Shown here piece after piece: positions 41,401-55,300 of a stretch of 64,000 nucleotides of DNA; position 1 is the first letter of the stretch; every line of letters starts with the position of its first letter. Origin of the DNA: the human T2T-CHM13v2.0 reference genome, Homo sapiens. A program made the position numbers and the translations under genes. Below the pieces are notes generated by a model. The model saw only the letters and a program-made list of their open reading frames with translations, did not search any database and was not told the DNA's origin. The stretch is from the NCBI RefSeq assembly GCF_009914755.1, contig NC_060927.1; one strand, given 5' to 3'.

Positions 41401-43360
41401 GTCTATTTTTTCTACGAAGATATTTCCTTTTCTACCGTTGGCCTCAAAGCGCTTGAAATCTCCACTTGCAAATTCCACAAAAAGAGAGTTTCAAATCTGC
41501 TCTGTCTAAAGGAAGGTTCAACTCTGTGAGTTGAATACACACCACAAAAAGAAGTTACTGAGAATTCTTCTGTCTAGCATTATATGAAAAATCCCGTTTC
41601 CAACGAAGGCCACAAAGAGGTCCAAATATCCACTTGCAGATTCTGCAAAAAGAGTGTTTCCAAACTGCTCTATGAAAAGAATCGTTAAACTCTGTGAGTT
41701 GAACGCAAACATCACAAAGTAGTTTCTGAGAATGACTCCGTCTAGTTTTTATACGAAGATATTTCCTTTTCTACCATTCACTTCAAAGCGCTTGAAGTCT
41801 CCCCCTGAAAATTCCACAAAAAGTGTTTCCAATCTGCTCCGCCTAAAGGAAGCTTCAACTCTGTGAGTTGAATACCCACAACCCAAAGAAGTTACTGAGA
41901 ATTCTTCTGTCTAGCATTATATGAAGAAATCCCGTTTCCAACGAAGGCCTCAAATACATCCAAATATCCAGTTGCTGACTTTACAAACTGAGTGTTTCCA
42001 AACTGCTCTATGAAAAGAAAGGTTAAACACTGTGAGTTGAACACACACGTACCAAAGTAGTTTCTGAGAATGATTCTGTCTAGTTTGCATACGAACATAT
42101 TTCCTTTTCTACCATTGGCCTCAAAGCTCTGAAATCTCCACTTGCAAATTCCACAAAAAGAGAGTTTCAAATCTGCTGTTTCTAAAGGAAAGTTCAACTC
42201 TGAGAGTTGAATACACACCAGAAAAAGCAGTTACTGAGAAGTCTTCTGTCTAGCATTATATGAAGAAATCCCATTTCCAACGAAGACTTCAAAGAGGTCC
42301 AAATATCCACTTGCAGATTCTGCAAAAAGAGTGTTTCGAAACAACTGTATGAAAAGAAAGGTTAAACACTGTGAGTTGAACGCACACATTGCAAATCAGT
42401 TTCTGAGAATGATTCCGTCTAATTATTATACGAAGGTATTTCCTTTTCTATCATTGGCCTCAAAGCGCTTGATACCTCCACCTGAAAATTCCACAAAAAG
42501 AGTGTTTCCAATCTACTCTGTCTAAAGGAAGGTTCAACTCTGTGAGTTGAATACACACACACAGAAAGAATTCACTGAGAATTCTTCTGTCTGGCATTAC
42601 ATGAAGAAATCCCGTTTCCAACGAAGGCCTCAAAGAGGTCCAAATATCCACTTGCAGATTCTGCAAAAAGAGTGTTTCAAAACCGCTCCATTAAAAGGAA
42701 TGTTGAACTCTGTGAGTTGAATGCAAACATCACAACTCAGTTGCTGAGAATGCTTCTGACTAGATTTTATGGTAAGATATTTCCTTTTCTACCGTAGGCT
42801 TCAATGCCCTCTAAATACACCCTTGCAAATTCTACAAAGAGACTGTTTCATAACTGCTCTATAGGAAGAAAGGTTCAACTCTGTGAGTTGAATGCAGAGA
42901 TCACAACGTGGTTTCTGCGAATGATTCTTTGTAGTTTTTACATGAAGATATTTCGTTGTCAACCGTAGGCTTCAAAGCACTCAAAGTATTCACTTGGAAC
43001 TTTTACAAAAAGAGTGTTAGAAAACTGCTCTTTCCAAAGTAAGGTTCAACTCTGTGAGTTGAATGCACACATAACAATCAAGAAGTTTCTGAGAATTCTT
43101 CTGTCCTGGTTTATATGAACAAATCCCGTTTCCAACGAAGGCCTCAAAGACGTTTAAGTATCCACTTGCAGACTTCACAAACAGAGTGTTTCCAAACTGC
43201 TCTATGAAAAGAAAGGTTAAACTCTGTGAGTTGAACGCACACATCACAAAGTAGTTTCTGAGAATGATACTGTCTAGTTTTTATACGAAGATATTTCCTT
43301 TCTACCATTGGCGTCAAAGCGCTAGAATTCTCCACTTGCAAATTCCACAAAAAGAGTGTT
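14451..43360 (-). repeat. HOR copies U6-U15, ten 2891-bp units
   Basis: ORF offsets 15208 to 41227 advance in exact steps of 2891. Confidence 0.96.
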
Positions 43361-46300
43361 TCCAATCTGCTCTGTCTCAAGGAAGGTTCAACTCTGTGAG
43401 TTGAATACACACACACAAAGAAGCTACTGAGAATTCTTTTGTCAAGAATTATAAGAAGAAATCCCGTTTCCAACGAAGGCCTCAAAGAGTTCCAAATATC
43501 CACTTGCACACTGTACAAACTAAGTCTTTCCAAACTGCTCTATGCAAAGAAATGTTCAACTCTGTGAGTTTAATACACACATCACAAAGCAGTTTCTGAG
43601 AATGATACTGTCTAGTTTTTATACGAAGATATTTCCTTTTGTACCATTGGCCTCATACTGCTAGAATTTTCCACTTGCAAATTCCACAAAAAGAGTGTTT
43701 CCAATCCGCTCTGTCTAAAGGAAGGTTCAACTCTCTGATTTGAATACATACATCCCAAAAGAAGTTACTGAGAATTCTTCTGTCTAGCATTATGTGAAGA
43801 AATCCCGTTTCCAACGAAAGCCTCAAAGAGGTCCAAATATCCAGTTGCAGAATTTACAAACTGACTGTTTCCAAACTCATCTATGAAAAGAAAGGTTAAA
43901 CTCTGTGAGTTGAATGCACATATCACAAAGTAGTTCCTGAGAATGATTCTGTCTAGTTTTTATACGAAGTTATTTCCTTTTCCACCAATGGCCTCAAAGT
44001 GCTTGAAATCTCCCCTTGCAAATTCCACAGACAAGTGTTTCAAATCTGCACTGTCTAAAGGAAGGTTCAACCCTGTGAGTTGAATACACACACACACAGA
44101 AAAAAATTCACTGAGAATTCTATTGTCTATCATTACACGAAGAAATCCCGTTTACTACGAAGGCCTCAAAGAGGTCCAAATATCCAGCTGCAGACATTAC
44201 AAACTGAGTGTTTCCAAAGTGCTCTATGAAAAGAAGTGTTAAACACTGTGAGTTCAATGCACACATCCCAAAGCAGTTTCTGAGAATGATTCCGTCTATT
44301 TTTTCTACGAAGATATTTCCTTTTCTACCGTTGGCCTCAAAGCGCTTGAAATCTCCACTTGCAAATTCCACAAAAAGAGAGTTTCAAATCTGCTCTGTCT
44401 AAAGGAAGGTTCAACTCTGTGAGTTGAATACACACCACAAAAAGAAGTTACTGAGAATTCTTCTGTCTAGCATTATATGAAAAATCCCGTTTCCAACGAA
44501 GGCCACAAAGAGGTCCAAATATCCACTTGCAGATTCTGCAAAAAGAGTGTTTCCAAACTGCTCTATGAAAAGAAACGTTAAACTCTGTGAGTTGAACGCA
44601 AACATCACAAAGTAGTTTCTGAGAATGACTCCGTCTAGTTTTTATACGAAGATATTTCCTTTCCTACCATTCACTTCAAAGCGCTTGAAGTCTCCCCCTG
44701 AAAATTCCACAAAAAGTGTTTCCAATCTGCTCCGCCTAAAGGAAGCTTCAACTCTGTGAGTTGAATACCCACAACCCAAAGAAGTTACTGAGAATTCTTC
44801 TGTCTAGCATTATATGAAGAAATCCCGTTTCCAAAGAAGGCCTCAAATACATCCAAATATCCAGTTGCTGACTTTACAAACTGAGTGTTTCCAAACTGCT
44901 CTATGAAAAGAAAGGTTAAACACTGTGAGTTGAACACACACGTACCAAAGTAGTTTCTGAGAATGATTCTGTCTGGTTTGCATACGAAGATATTTCCTTT
45001 TCTACCAGTGGCCTCAAAGCTCTGAAATCTCCACTTGCAAATTCCACAAAAAGAGAGTTTCAAATCTGCTGTTTCTAAAGGAAAGTTCAACTCTGAGAGT
45101 TGAATACACACCAGAAAAAGCAGTTACTGAGAAGTCTTCTGTCTAGCATTATATGAAGAAATCCCATTTCCAACGAAGACTTCAAAGAGGTCCAAATATC
45201 CACTTGCAGATTCTGCAAAAAGAGTGTTTCGAAACAACTGTATGAAAAGAAAGGTTAAACACTGTGAGTTGAACGCACACATTGCAAAGCAGTTTCTGAG
45301 AATGATTCCGTCTAATTATTATACGAAGGTATTTCCTTTTCTATCATTGGCCTCAAAGCGCTTGATACCTCCACCTGAAAATTCCACAAAAAGAGTGTTT
45401 CCAATCTACTCTGTCTAAAGGAACGTTCAACTCTGTGAGTTGAATACACACACACAGAAAGAATTCACTGAGAATTCTTCTGTCTGGCATTACATGAAGA
45501 AATCCCGTTTCCAACGAAGGCCTCAAAGAGGTCCAAATATCCACTTGCAGATTCTGCAAAAAGAGTGTTTCAAAACCGCTCCATTAAAAGGAATGTTGAA
45601 CTCTGTGAGTTGAATGCAAACATCACAACTCAGTTTCTGAGAATGCTTCTGACTAGATTTTATGGTAAGATATTTCCTTTTCTACCGTAGGCTTCAATGC
45701 CCTCTAAATACACCCTTGCAAATTCTACAAAGAGACTGTTTCATAACTGCTCTATAGGAAGAAAGGTTCAACTCTGTGAGTTGAATGCAGAGATCACAAC
45801 GTGGTTTCTGCGAATGATTCTTTGTAGTTTTTACATGAAGATATTTCGTTGTCAACCGTAGGCTTCAAAGCACTCAAAGTATTCACTTGGAACTTTTACA
45901 AAAAGAGTGTTAGAAAACTGCTCTTTCCAAAGTAAGGTTCAACTCTGTGAGTTGAATGCACACATAACAATCAAGAAGTTTCTGAGAATTCTTCTGTCCT
46001 GGTTTATATGAACAAATCCCGTTTCCAACGAAGGCCTCAAAGACGTTTAAGTATCCACTTGCAGACTTCACAAACAGAGTGTTTCCAAACTGCTCTATGA
46101 AAAGAAAGGTTAAACTCTGTGAGTTGAACGCACACATCACAAAGTAGTTTCTGAGAATGATACTGTCTAGTTTTTATACGAAGATATTTCCTTTCTACCA
46201 TTGGCGTCAAAGCGCTAGAATTCTCCACTTGCAAATTCCACAAAAAGAGTGTTTCCAATCTGCTCTGTCTCAAGGAAGGTTCAACTCTGTGAGTTGAATA

Positions 46301-49300
46301 CACACACACAAAGAAGCTACTGAGAATTCTTTTGTCAAGAATTATAAGAAGAAATCCCGTTTCCAACGAAGGCCTCAAAGAGTTCCAAATATCCACTTGC
46401 ACACTGTACAAACTAAGTCTTTCCAAACTGCTCTATGCAAAGAAATGTTCAACTCTGTGAGTTTAATACACACATCACAAAGCAGTTTCTGAGAATGATA
46501 CTGTCTAGTTTTTATACGAAGATATTTCCTTTTGTACCATTGGCCTCATACTGCTAGAATTTTCCACTTGCAAATTCCACAAAAAGAGTGTTTCCAATCC
46601 GCTCTGTCTAAAGGAAGGTTCAACTCTCTGATTTGAATACATACATCCCAAAAGAAGTTACTGAGAATTCTTCTGTCTAGCATTATGTGAAGAAATCCCG
46701 TTTCCAACGAAAGCCTCAAAGAGGTCCAAATATCCAGTTGCAGAATTTACAAACTGACTGTTTCCAAACTCATCTATGAAAAGAAAGGTTAAACTCTGTG
46801 AGTTGAATGCACATATCACAAAGTAGTTCCTGAGAATGATTCTGTCTAGTTTTTATACGAAGTTATTTCCTTTTCCACCAATGGCCTCAAAGTGCTTGAA
46901 ATCTCCCCTTGCAAATTCCACAGACAAGTGTTTCAAATCTGCACTGTCTAAAGGAAGGTTCAACCCTGTGAGTTGAATACACACACACACAGAAAAAAAT
47001 TCACTGAGAATTCTATTGTCTATCATTACACGAAGAAATCCCGTTTACTACGAAGGCCTCAAAGAGGTCCAAATATCCAGCTGCAGACATTACAAACTGA
47101 GTGTTTCCAAAGTGCTCTATGAAAAGAAGTGTTAAACACTGTGAGTTCAATGCACACATCCCAAAGCAGTTTCTGAGAATGATTCCGTCTATTTTTTCTA
47201 CGAAGATATTTCCTTTGCTACCGTTGGCCTCAAAGCGCTTGAAATCTCCACTTGCAAATTCCACAAAAAGAGAGTTTCAAATCTGCTCTGTCTAAAGGAA
47301 GGTTCAACTCTGTGAGTTGAATACACACCACAAAAAGAAGTTACTGAGAATTCTTCTGTCTAGCATTATATGAAAAATCCCGTTTCCAACGAAGGCCACA
47401 AAGAGGTCCAAATATCCACTTGCAGATTCTGCAAAAAGAGTGTTTCCAAACTGCAATATGAAAAGAAACGTTAAACTCTGTGAGTTGAACGCAAACATCA
47501 CAAAGTAGTTTCTGAGAATGACTCCGTCTAGTTTTTATACGAAGATATTTCCTTTCCTACCATTCACTTCAAAGCGCTTGAAGTCTCCCCCTGAAAATTC
47601 CACAAAAAGTGTTTCCAATCTGCTCCGCCTAAAGGAAGCTTCAACTCTGTGAGTTGAATACCCACAACCCAAAGAAGTTACTGAGAATTCTTCTGTCTAG
47701 CATTATATGAAGAAATCCCGTTTCCAACGAAGGCCTCAAATACATCCAAATATCCAGTTGCTGACTTTACAAACTGAGTGTTTCCAAACTGCTCTATGAA
47801 AAGAAAGGTTAAACACTGTGAGTTGAACACACACGTACCAAAGTAGTTTCTGAGAATGATTCTGTCTGGTTTGCATACGAAGATATTTCCTTTTCTACCA
47901 GTGGCCTCAAAGCTCTGAAATCTCCACTTGCAAATTCCACAAAAAGAGAGTTTCAAATCTGCTGTTTCTAAAGAAAATTTCAACTCTGAGAGTTGAATAC
48001 ACACCAGAAAAAGCAGTTACTGAGAAGTCTTCTGTCTAGCATTATATGAAGAAATCCCATTTCCAACGAAGACTTCAAAGAGGTCCAAATATCCACTTGC
48101 AGATTCTGCAAAAAGAGTGTTTCAAAACAACTGTATGAAAAGAAAGGTTAAACACTGTGAGTTGAACGCACACATTGCAAAGCAGTTTCTGAGAATGATT
48201 CCGTCTAATTATTATACGAAGGTATTTCCTTTTCTATCATTGGCCTCAAAGCGCTTGATACCTCCACCTGAAAATTCCACAAAAAGAGTGTTTCCAATCT
48301 ACTCTGTCTAAAGGAACGTTCAACTCTGTGAGTTGAATACACACACACAGAAAGAATTCACTGAGAATTCTTCTGTCTGGCATTACATGAAGAAATCCCG
48401 TTTCCAACGAAGGCCTCAAAGAGGTCCAAATATCCACTTGCAGATTCTGCAAAAAGAGTGTTTCAAAACCGCTCCATTAAAAGGAATGTTGAACTCTGTG
48501 AGTTGAATGCAAACATCACAACTCAGTTTCTGAGAATGCTTCTGACTAGATTTTATGGTAAGATATTTCCTTTTCTACCGTAGGCTTCAATGCCCTCTAA
48601 ATACACCCTTGCAAATTCTACAAAGAGACTGTTTCATAACTGCTCTATAGGAAGAAAGGTTCAACTCTGTGAGTTGAATGCAGAGATCACAACGTGGTTT
48701 CTGCGAATGATTCTTTGTAGTTTTTACATGAAGATATTTCGTTGTCAACCGTAGGCTTCAAAGCACTCAAAGTATTCACTTGGAACTTTTACAAAAAGAG
48801 TGTTAGAAAACTGCTCTTTCCAAAGTAAGGTTCAACTCTGTGAGTTGAATGCACACATAACAATCAAGAAGTTTCTGAGAATTCTTCTGTCCTGGTTTAT
48901 ATGAAAAAATCCCGTTTCCAACGAAGGCCTCAAAGACGTTTAAGTATCCACTTGCAGACTTCACAAACAGAGTGTTTCCAAACTGCTCTATGAAAAGAAA
49001 GGTTAAACTCTGTGAGTTGAACGCACACATCACAAAGTAGTTTCTGAGAATGATACTGTCTAGTTTTTATACGAAGATATTTCCTTTCTACCATTGGCGT
49101 CAAAGCGCTAGAATTCTCCACTTGCAAATTCCACAAAAAGAGTGTTTCCAATCTGCTCTGTCTCAAGGAAGGTTCAACTCTGTGAGTTGAATACACACAC
49201 ACAAAGAAGCTACTGAGAATTCTTTTGTCAAGAATTATAAGAAGAAATCCCGTTTCCAACGAAGGCCTCAAAGAGTTCCAAATATCCACTTGCACACTGT

Positions 49301-52300
49301 ACAAACTAAGTCTTTCCAAACTGCTCTATGCAAAGAAATGTTCAACTCTGTGAGTTTAATACACACATCACAAAGCAGTTTCTGAGAATGATACTGTCTA
49401 GTTTTTATACGAAGATATTTCCTTTTGTACCATTGGCCTCATACTGCTAGAATTTTCCACTTGCAAATTCCACAAAAAGAGTGTTTCCAATCCGCTCTGT
49501 CTAAAGGAAGGTTCAACTCTCTGATTTGAATACATACATCCCAAAAGAAGTTACTGAGAATTCTTCTGTCTAGCATTATGTGAAGAAATCCCGTTTCCAA
49601 CGAAAGCCTCAAAGAGGTCCAAATATCCAGTTGCAGAATTTACAAACTGACTGTTTCCAAACTCATCTATGAAAAGAAAGGTTAAACTCTGTGAGTTGAA
49701 TGCACATATCACAAAGTTGTTCCTGAGAATGATTCTGTCTAGTTTTTATACGAAGTTATTTCCTTTTCCACCAATGGCCTCAAAGTGCTTGAAATCTCCC
49801 CTTGCAAATTCCACAGACAAGTGTTTCAAATCTGCACTGTCTAAAGGAAGGTTCAACCCTGTGAGTTGAATACACACACACACAGAAAAAAATTCACTGA
49901 GAATTCTATTGTCTATCATTACACGAAGAAATCCCGTTTACTATGAAGGCCTCAAAGAGGTCCAAATATCCAGCTGCAGACATTACAAACTGAGTGTTTC
50001 CAAAGTGCTCTATGAAAAGAAGTGTTAAACACTGTGAGTTCAATGCACACATCCCAAAGCAGTTTCTGAGAATGATTCCGTCTATTTTTTCTACGAAGAT
50101 ATTTCCTTTGCTACCGTTGGCCTCAAAGCGCTTGAAATCTCCACTTGCAAATTCCACAAAAAGAGAGTTTCAAATCTGCTCTGTCTAAAGGAAGGTTCAA
50201 CTCTGTGAGTTGAATACACACCACAAAAAGAAGTTACTGAGAATTCTTCTGTCTAGCATTATATGAAAAATCCCGTTTCCAACGAAGGCCACAAAGAGGT
50301 CCAAATATCCACTTGCAGATTCTGCAAAAAGAGTGTTTCCAAACTGCAATATGAAAAGAAACGTTAAACTCTGTGAGTTGAACGCAAACATCACAAAGTA
50401 GTTTCTGAGAATGACTCCGTCTAGTTTTTATACGAAGATATTTCCTTTCCTACCATTCACTTCAAAGCGCTTGAAGTCTCCCCCTGAAAATTCCACAAAA
50501 AGTGTTTCCAATCTGCTCCGCCTAAAGGAAGCTTCAACTCTGTGAGTTGAATACCCACAACCCAAAGAAGTTACTGAGAATTCTTCTGTCTAGCATTATA
50601 TGAAGAAATCCCGTTTCCAACGAAGGCCTCAAATACATCCAAATATCCAGTTGCTGACTTTACAAACTGAGTGTTTCCAAACTGCTCTATGAAAAGAAAG
50701 GTTAAACACTGTGAGTTGAACACACACGTACCAAAGTAGTTTCTGAGAATGATTCTGTCTGGTTTGCATACGAAGATATTTCCTTTTCTACCAGTGGCCT
50801 CAAAGCTCTGAAATCTCCACTTGCAAATTCCACAAAAAGAGAGTTTCAAATCTGCTGTTTCTAAAGAAAATTTCAACTCTGAGAGTTGAATACACACCAG
50901 AAAAAGCAGTTACTGAGAAGTCTTCTGTCTAGCATTATATGAAGAAATCCCATTTCCAACGAAGACTTCAAAGAGGTCCAAATATCCACTTGCAGATTCT
51001 GCAAAAAGAGTGTTTCAAAACAACTGTATGAAAAGAAAGGTTAAACACTGTGAGTTGAACGCACACATTGCAAAGCAGTTTCTGAGAATGATTCCGTCTA
51101 ATTATTATACGAAGGTATTTCCTTTTCTATCATTGGCCTCAAAGCGCTTGATACCTCCACCTGAAAATTCCACAAAAAGAGTGTTTCCAATCTACTCTGT
51201 CTAAAGGAACGTTCAACTCTGTGAGTTGAATACACACACACAGAAAGAATTCACTGAGAATTCTTCTGTCTGGCATTACATGAAGAAATCCCGTTTCCAA
51301 CGAAGGCCTCAAAGAGGTCCAAATATCCACTTGCAGATTCTGCAAAAAGAGTGTTTCAAAACCGCTCCATTAAAAGGAATGTTGAACTCTGTGAGTTGAA
51401 TGCAAACATCACAACTCAGTTTCTGAGAATGCTTCTGACTAGATTTTATGGTAAGATATTTCCTTTTCTACCGTAGGCTTCAATGCCCTCTAAATACACC
51501 CTTGCAAATTCTACAAAGAGACTGTTTCATAACTGCTCTATAGGAAGAAAGGTTCAACTCTGTGAGTTGAATGCAGAGATCACAACGTGGTTTCTGCGAA
51601 TGATTCTTTGTAGTTTTTACATGAAGATATTTCGTTGTCAACCGTAGGCTTCAAAGCACTCAAAGTATTCACTTGGAACTTTTACAAAAAGAGTGTTAGA
51701 AAACTGCTCTTTCCAAAGTAAGGTTCAACTCTGTGAGTTGAATGCACATATAACAATCAAGAAGTTTCTGAGAATTCTTCTGTCCTGGTTTATATGAAAA
51801 AATCCCGTTTCCAACGAAGGCCTCAAAGACGTTTAAGTATCCACTTGCAGACTTCACAAACAGAGTGTTTCCAAACTGCTCTATGAAAAGAAAGGTTAAA
51901 CTCTGTGAGTTGAACGCACACATCACAAAGTAGTTTCTGAGAATGATACTGTCTAGTTTTTATACGAAGATATTTCCTTTCTACCATTGGCGTCAAAGCG
52001 CTAGAATTCTCCACTTGCAAATTCCACAAAAAGAGTGTTTCCAATCTGCTCTGTCTCAAGGAAGGTTCAACTCTGTGAGTTGAATACACACACACAAAGA
52101 AGCTACTGAGAATTCTTTTGTCAAGAATTATAAGAAGAAATCCCGTTTCCAACGAAGGCCTCAAAGAGTTCCAAATATCCACTTGCACACTGTACAAACT
52201 AAGTCTTTCCAAACTGCTCTATGCAAAGAAATGTTCAACTCTGTGAGTTTAATACACACATCACAAAGCAGTTTCTGAGAATGATACTGTCTAGTTTTTA

Positions 52301-55300
52301 TACGAAGATATTTCCTTTTGTACCATTGGCCTCATACTGCTAGAATTTTCCACTTGCAAATTCCACAAAAAGAGTGTTTCCAATCCGCTCTGTCTAAAGG
52401 AAGGTTCAACTCTCTGATTTGAATACATACATCCCAAAAGAAGTTACTGAGAATTCTTCTGTCTAGCATTATGTGAAGAAATCCCGTTTCCAACGAAAGC
52501 CTCAAAGAGGTCCAAATATCCAGTTGCAGAATTTACAAACTGACTGTTTCCAAACTCATCTATGAAAAGAAAGGTTAAACTCTGTGAGTTGAATGCACAT
52601 ATCACAAAGTTGTTCCTGAGAATGATTCTGTCTAGTTTTTATACGAAGTTATTTCCTTTTCCACCAATGGCCTCAAAGTGCTTGAAATCTCCCCTTGCAA
52701 ATTCCACAGACAAGTGTTTCAAATCTGCACTGTCTAAAGGAAGGTTCAACCCTGTGAGTTGAATACACACACACACAGAAAAAAATTCACTGAGAATTCT
52801 ATTGTCTATCATTACACGAAGAAATCCCGTTTACTACGAAGGCCTCAAAGAGGTCCAAATATCCAGCTGCAGACATTACAAACTGAGTGTTTCCAAAGTG
52901 CTCTATGAAAAGAAGTGTTAAACACTGTGAGTTCAATGCACACATCCCAAAGCAGTTTCTGAGAATGATTCCGTCTATTTTTTCTACGAAGATATTTCCT
53001 TTTCTACCGTTGGCCTCAAAGCGCTTGAAATCTCCACTTGCAAATTCCACAAAAAGAGAGTTTCAAATCTGCTCTGTCTAAAGGAAGGTTCAACTCTGTG
53101 AGTTGAATACACACCACAAAAAGAAGTTACTGAGAATTCTTCTGTCTAGCATTATATGAAAAATCCCGTTTCCAACGAAGGCCACAAAGAGGTCCAAATA
53201 TCCACTTGCAGATTCTGCAAAAAGAGTGTTTCCAAACTGCAATATGAAAAGAAACGTTAAACTCTGTGAGTTGAACGCAAACATCACAAAGTAGTTTCTG
53301 AGAATGACTCCGTCTAGTTTTTATACGAAGATATTTCCTTTCCTACCATTCACTTCAAAGCGCTTGAAGTCTCCCCCTGAAAATTCCACAAAAAGTGTTT
53401 CCAATCTGCTCCGCCTAAAGGAAGCTTCAACTCTGTGAGTTGAATACCCACAACCCAAAGAAGTTACTGAGAATTCTTCTGTCTAGCATTATATGAAGAA
53501 ATCCCGTTTCCAACGAAGGCCTCAAATACATCCAAATATCCAGTTGCTGACTTTACAAACTGAGTGTTTCCAAACTGCTCTATGAAAAGAAAGGTTAAAC
53601 ACTGTGAGTTGAACACACACGTACCAAAGTAGTTTCTGAGAATGATTCTGTCTAGTTTGCATACGAAGATATTTCCTTTTCTACCATTGGCCTCAAAGCT
53701 CTGAAATCTCCACTTGCAAATTCCACAAAAAGAGAGTTTCAAATCTGCTGTTTCTAAAGGAAAGTTCAACTCGGAGAGTTGAATACACACCAGAAAAAGC
53801 AGTTACTGAGAAGTCTTCTGTCTAGCATTATATGAAGAAATCCCATTTCCAACGAAGACTTCAAAGAGGTCCAAATATCCACTTGCAGATTCTGCAAAAA
53901 GAGTGTTTCGAAACAACTGTATGAAAAGAAACGTTAAACACTGTGAGTTGAACGCACACATTGCAAAGCAGTTTCTGAGAATGATTCCGTCTAATTATTA
54001 TACGAAGGTATTTCCTTTTCTATCATTGGCCTCAAAGCGCTTGATACCTCCACCTGAAAATTCCACAAAAAGAGTGTTTCCAATCTACTCTGTCTAAAGG
54101 AACGTTCAACTCTGTGAGTTGAATACACACACACAGAAAGAATTCACTGAGAATTCTTCTGTCTGGCATTACATGAAGAAATCCCGTTTCCAACGAAGGC
54201 CTCAAAGAGGTCCAAATATCCACTTGCAGATTCTGCAAAAAGAGTGTTTCAAAACCGCTCCATTAAAAGGAATGTTGAACTCTGTGAGTTGAATGCAAAC
54301 ATCACAACTCAGTTTCTGAGAATGCTTCTGACTAGATTTTATGGTAAGATATTTCCTTTTCTACCGTAGGCTTCAATGCCCTCTAAATACACCCTTGCAA
54401 ATTCTACAAAGAGACTGTTTCATAACTGCTCTATAGGAAGAAAGGTTGAACTCTGTGAGTTGAATGCAGAGATCACAACGTGGTTTCTGCGAATGATTCT
54501 TTGTAGTTTTTACATGAAGATATTTCGTTGTCAACCGTAGGCTTCAAAGCACTCAAAGTATTCACTTGGAACTTTTACAAAAAGAGTGTTAGAAAACTGC
54601 TCTTTCCAAAGTAAGGTTCAACTCTGTGAGTTGAATGCACACATAACAATCCAGAAGTTTCTGAGAATTCTTCTGTCCTGGTTTATATGAAAAAATCCCG
54701 TTTCCAACGAAGGCCTCAAAGACGTTTAAATATCCACTTGCAGACTTCACAAACAGAGTGTTTCCAAACTGCTCTATGAAAAGAAAGGTTAAACTCTGTG
54801 AGTTGAACGCACACATCACAAAGTAGTTTCTGAGAATGATACTGTCTAGTTTTTATACGAAGATATTTCCTTTCTACCATTGGCGTCAAAGCGCTAGAAT
54901 TCTCCACTTGCAAATTCCACAAAAAGAGTGTTTCCAATCTGCTCTGTCTCAAGGAAGGTTCAACTCTGTGAGTTGAATACACACACACAAAGAAGCTACT
55001 GAGAATTCTTTTGTCAAGAATTATAAGAAGAAATCCCGTTTCCAACGAAGGCCTCAAAGAGTTCCAAATATCCACTTGCACACTGTACAAACTAAGTCTT
55101 TCCAAACTGCTCTATGCAAAGAAATGTTCAACTCTGTGAGTTTAATACACACATCACAAAGCAGTTTCTGAGAATGATACTGTCTAGTTTTTATACGAAG
55201 ATATTTCCTTTTGTACCATTGGCCTCATACTGCTAGAATTTTCCACTTGCAAATTCCACAAAAAGAGTGTTTCCAATCCGCTCTGTCTAAAGGAAGGTTC

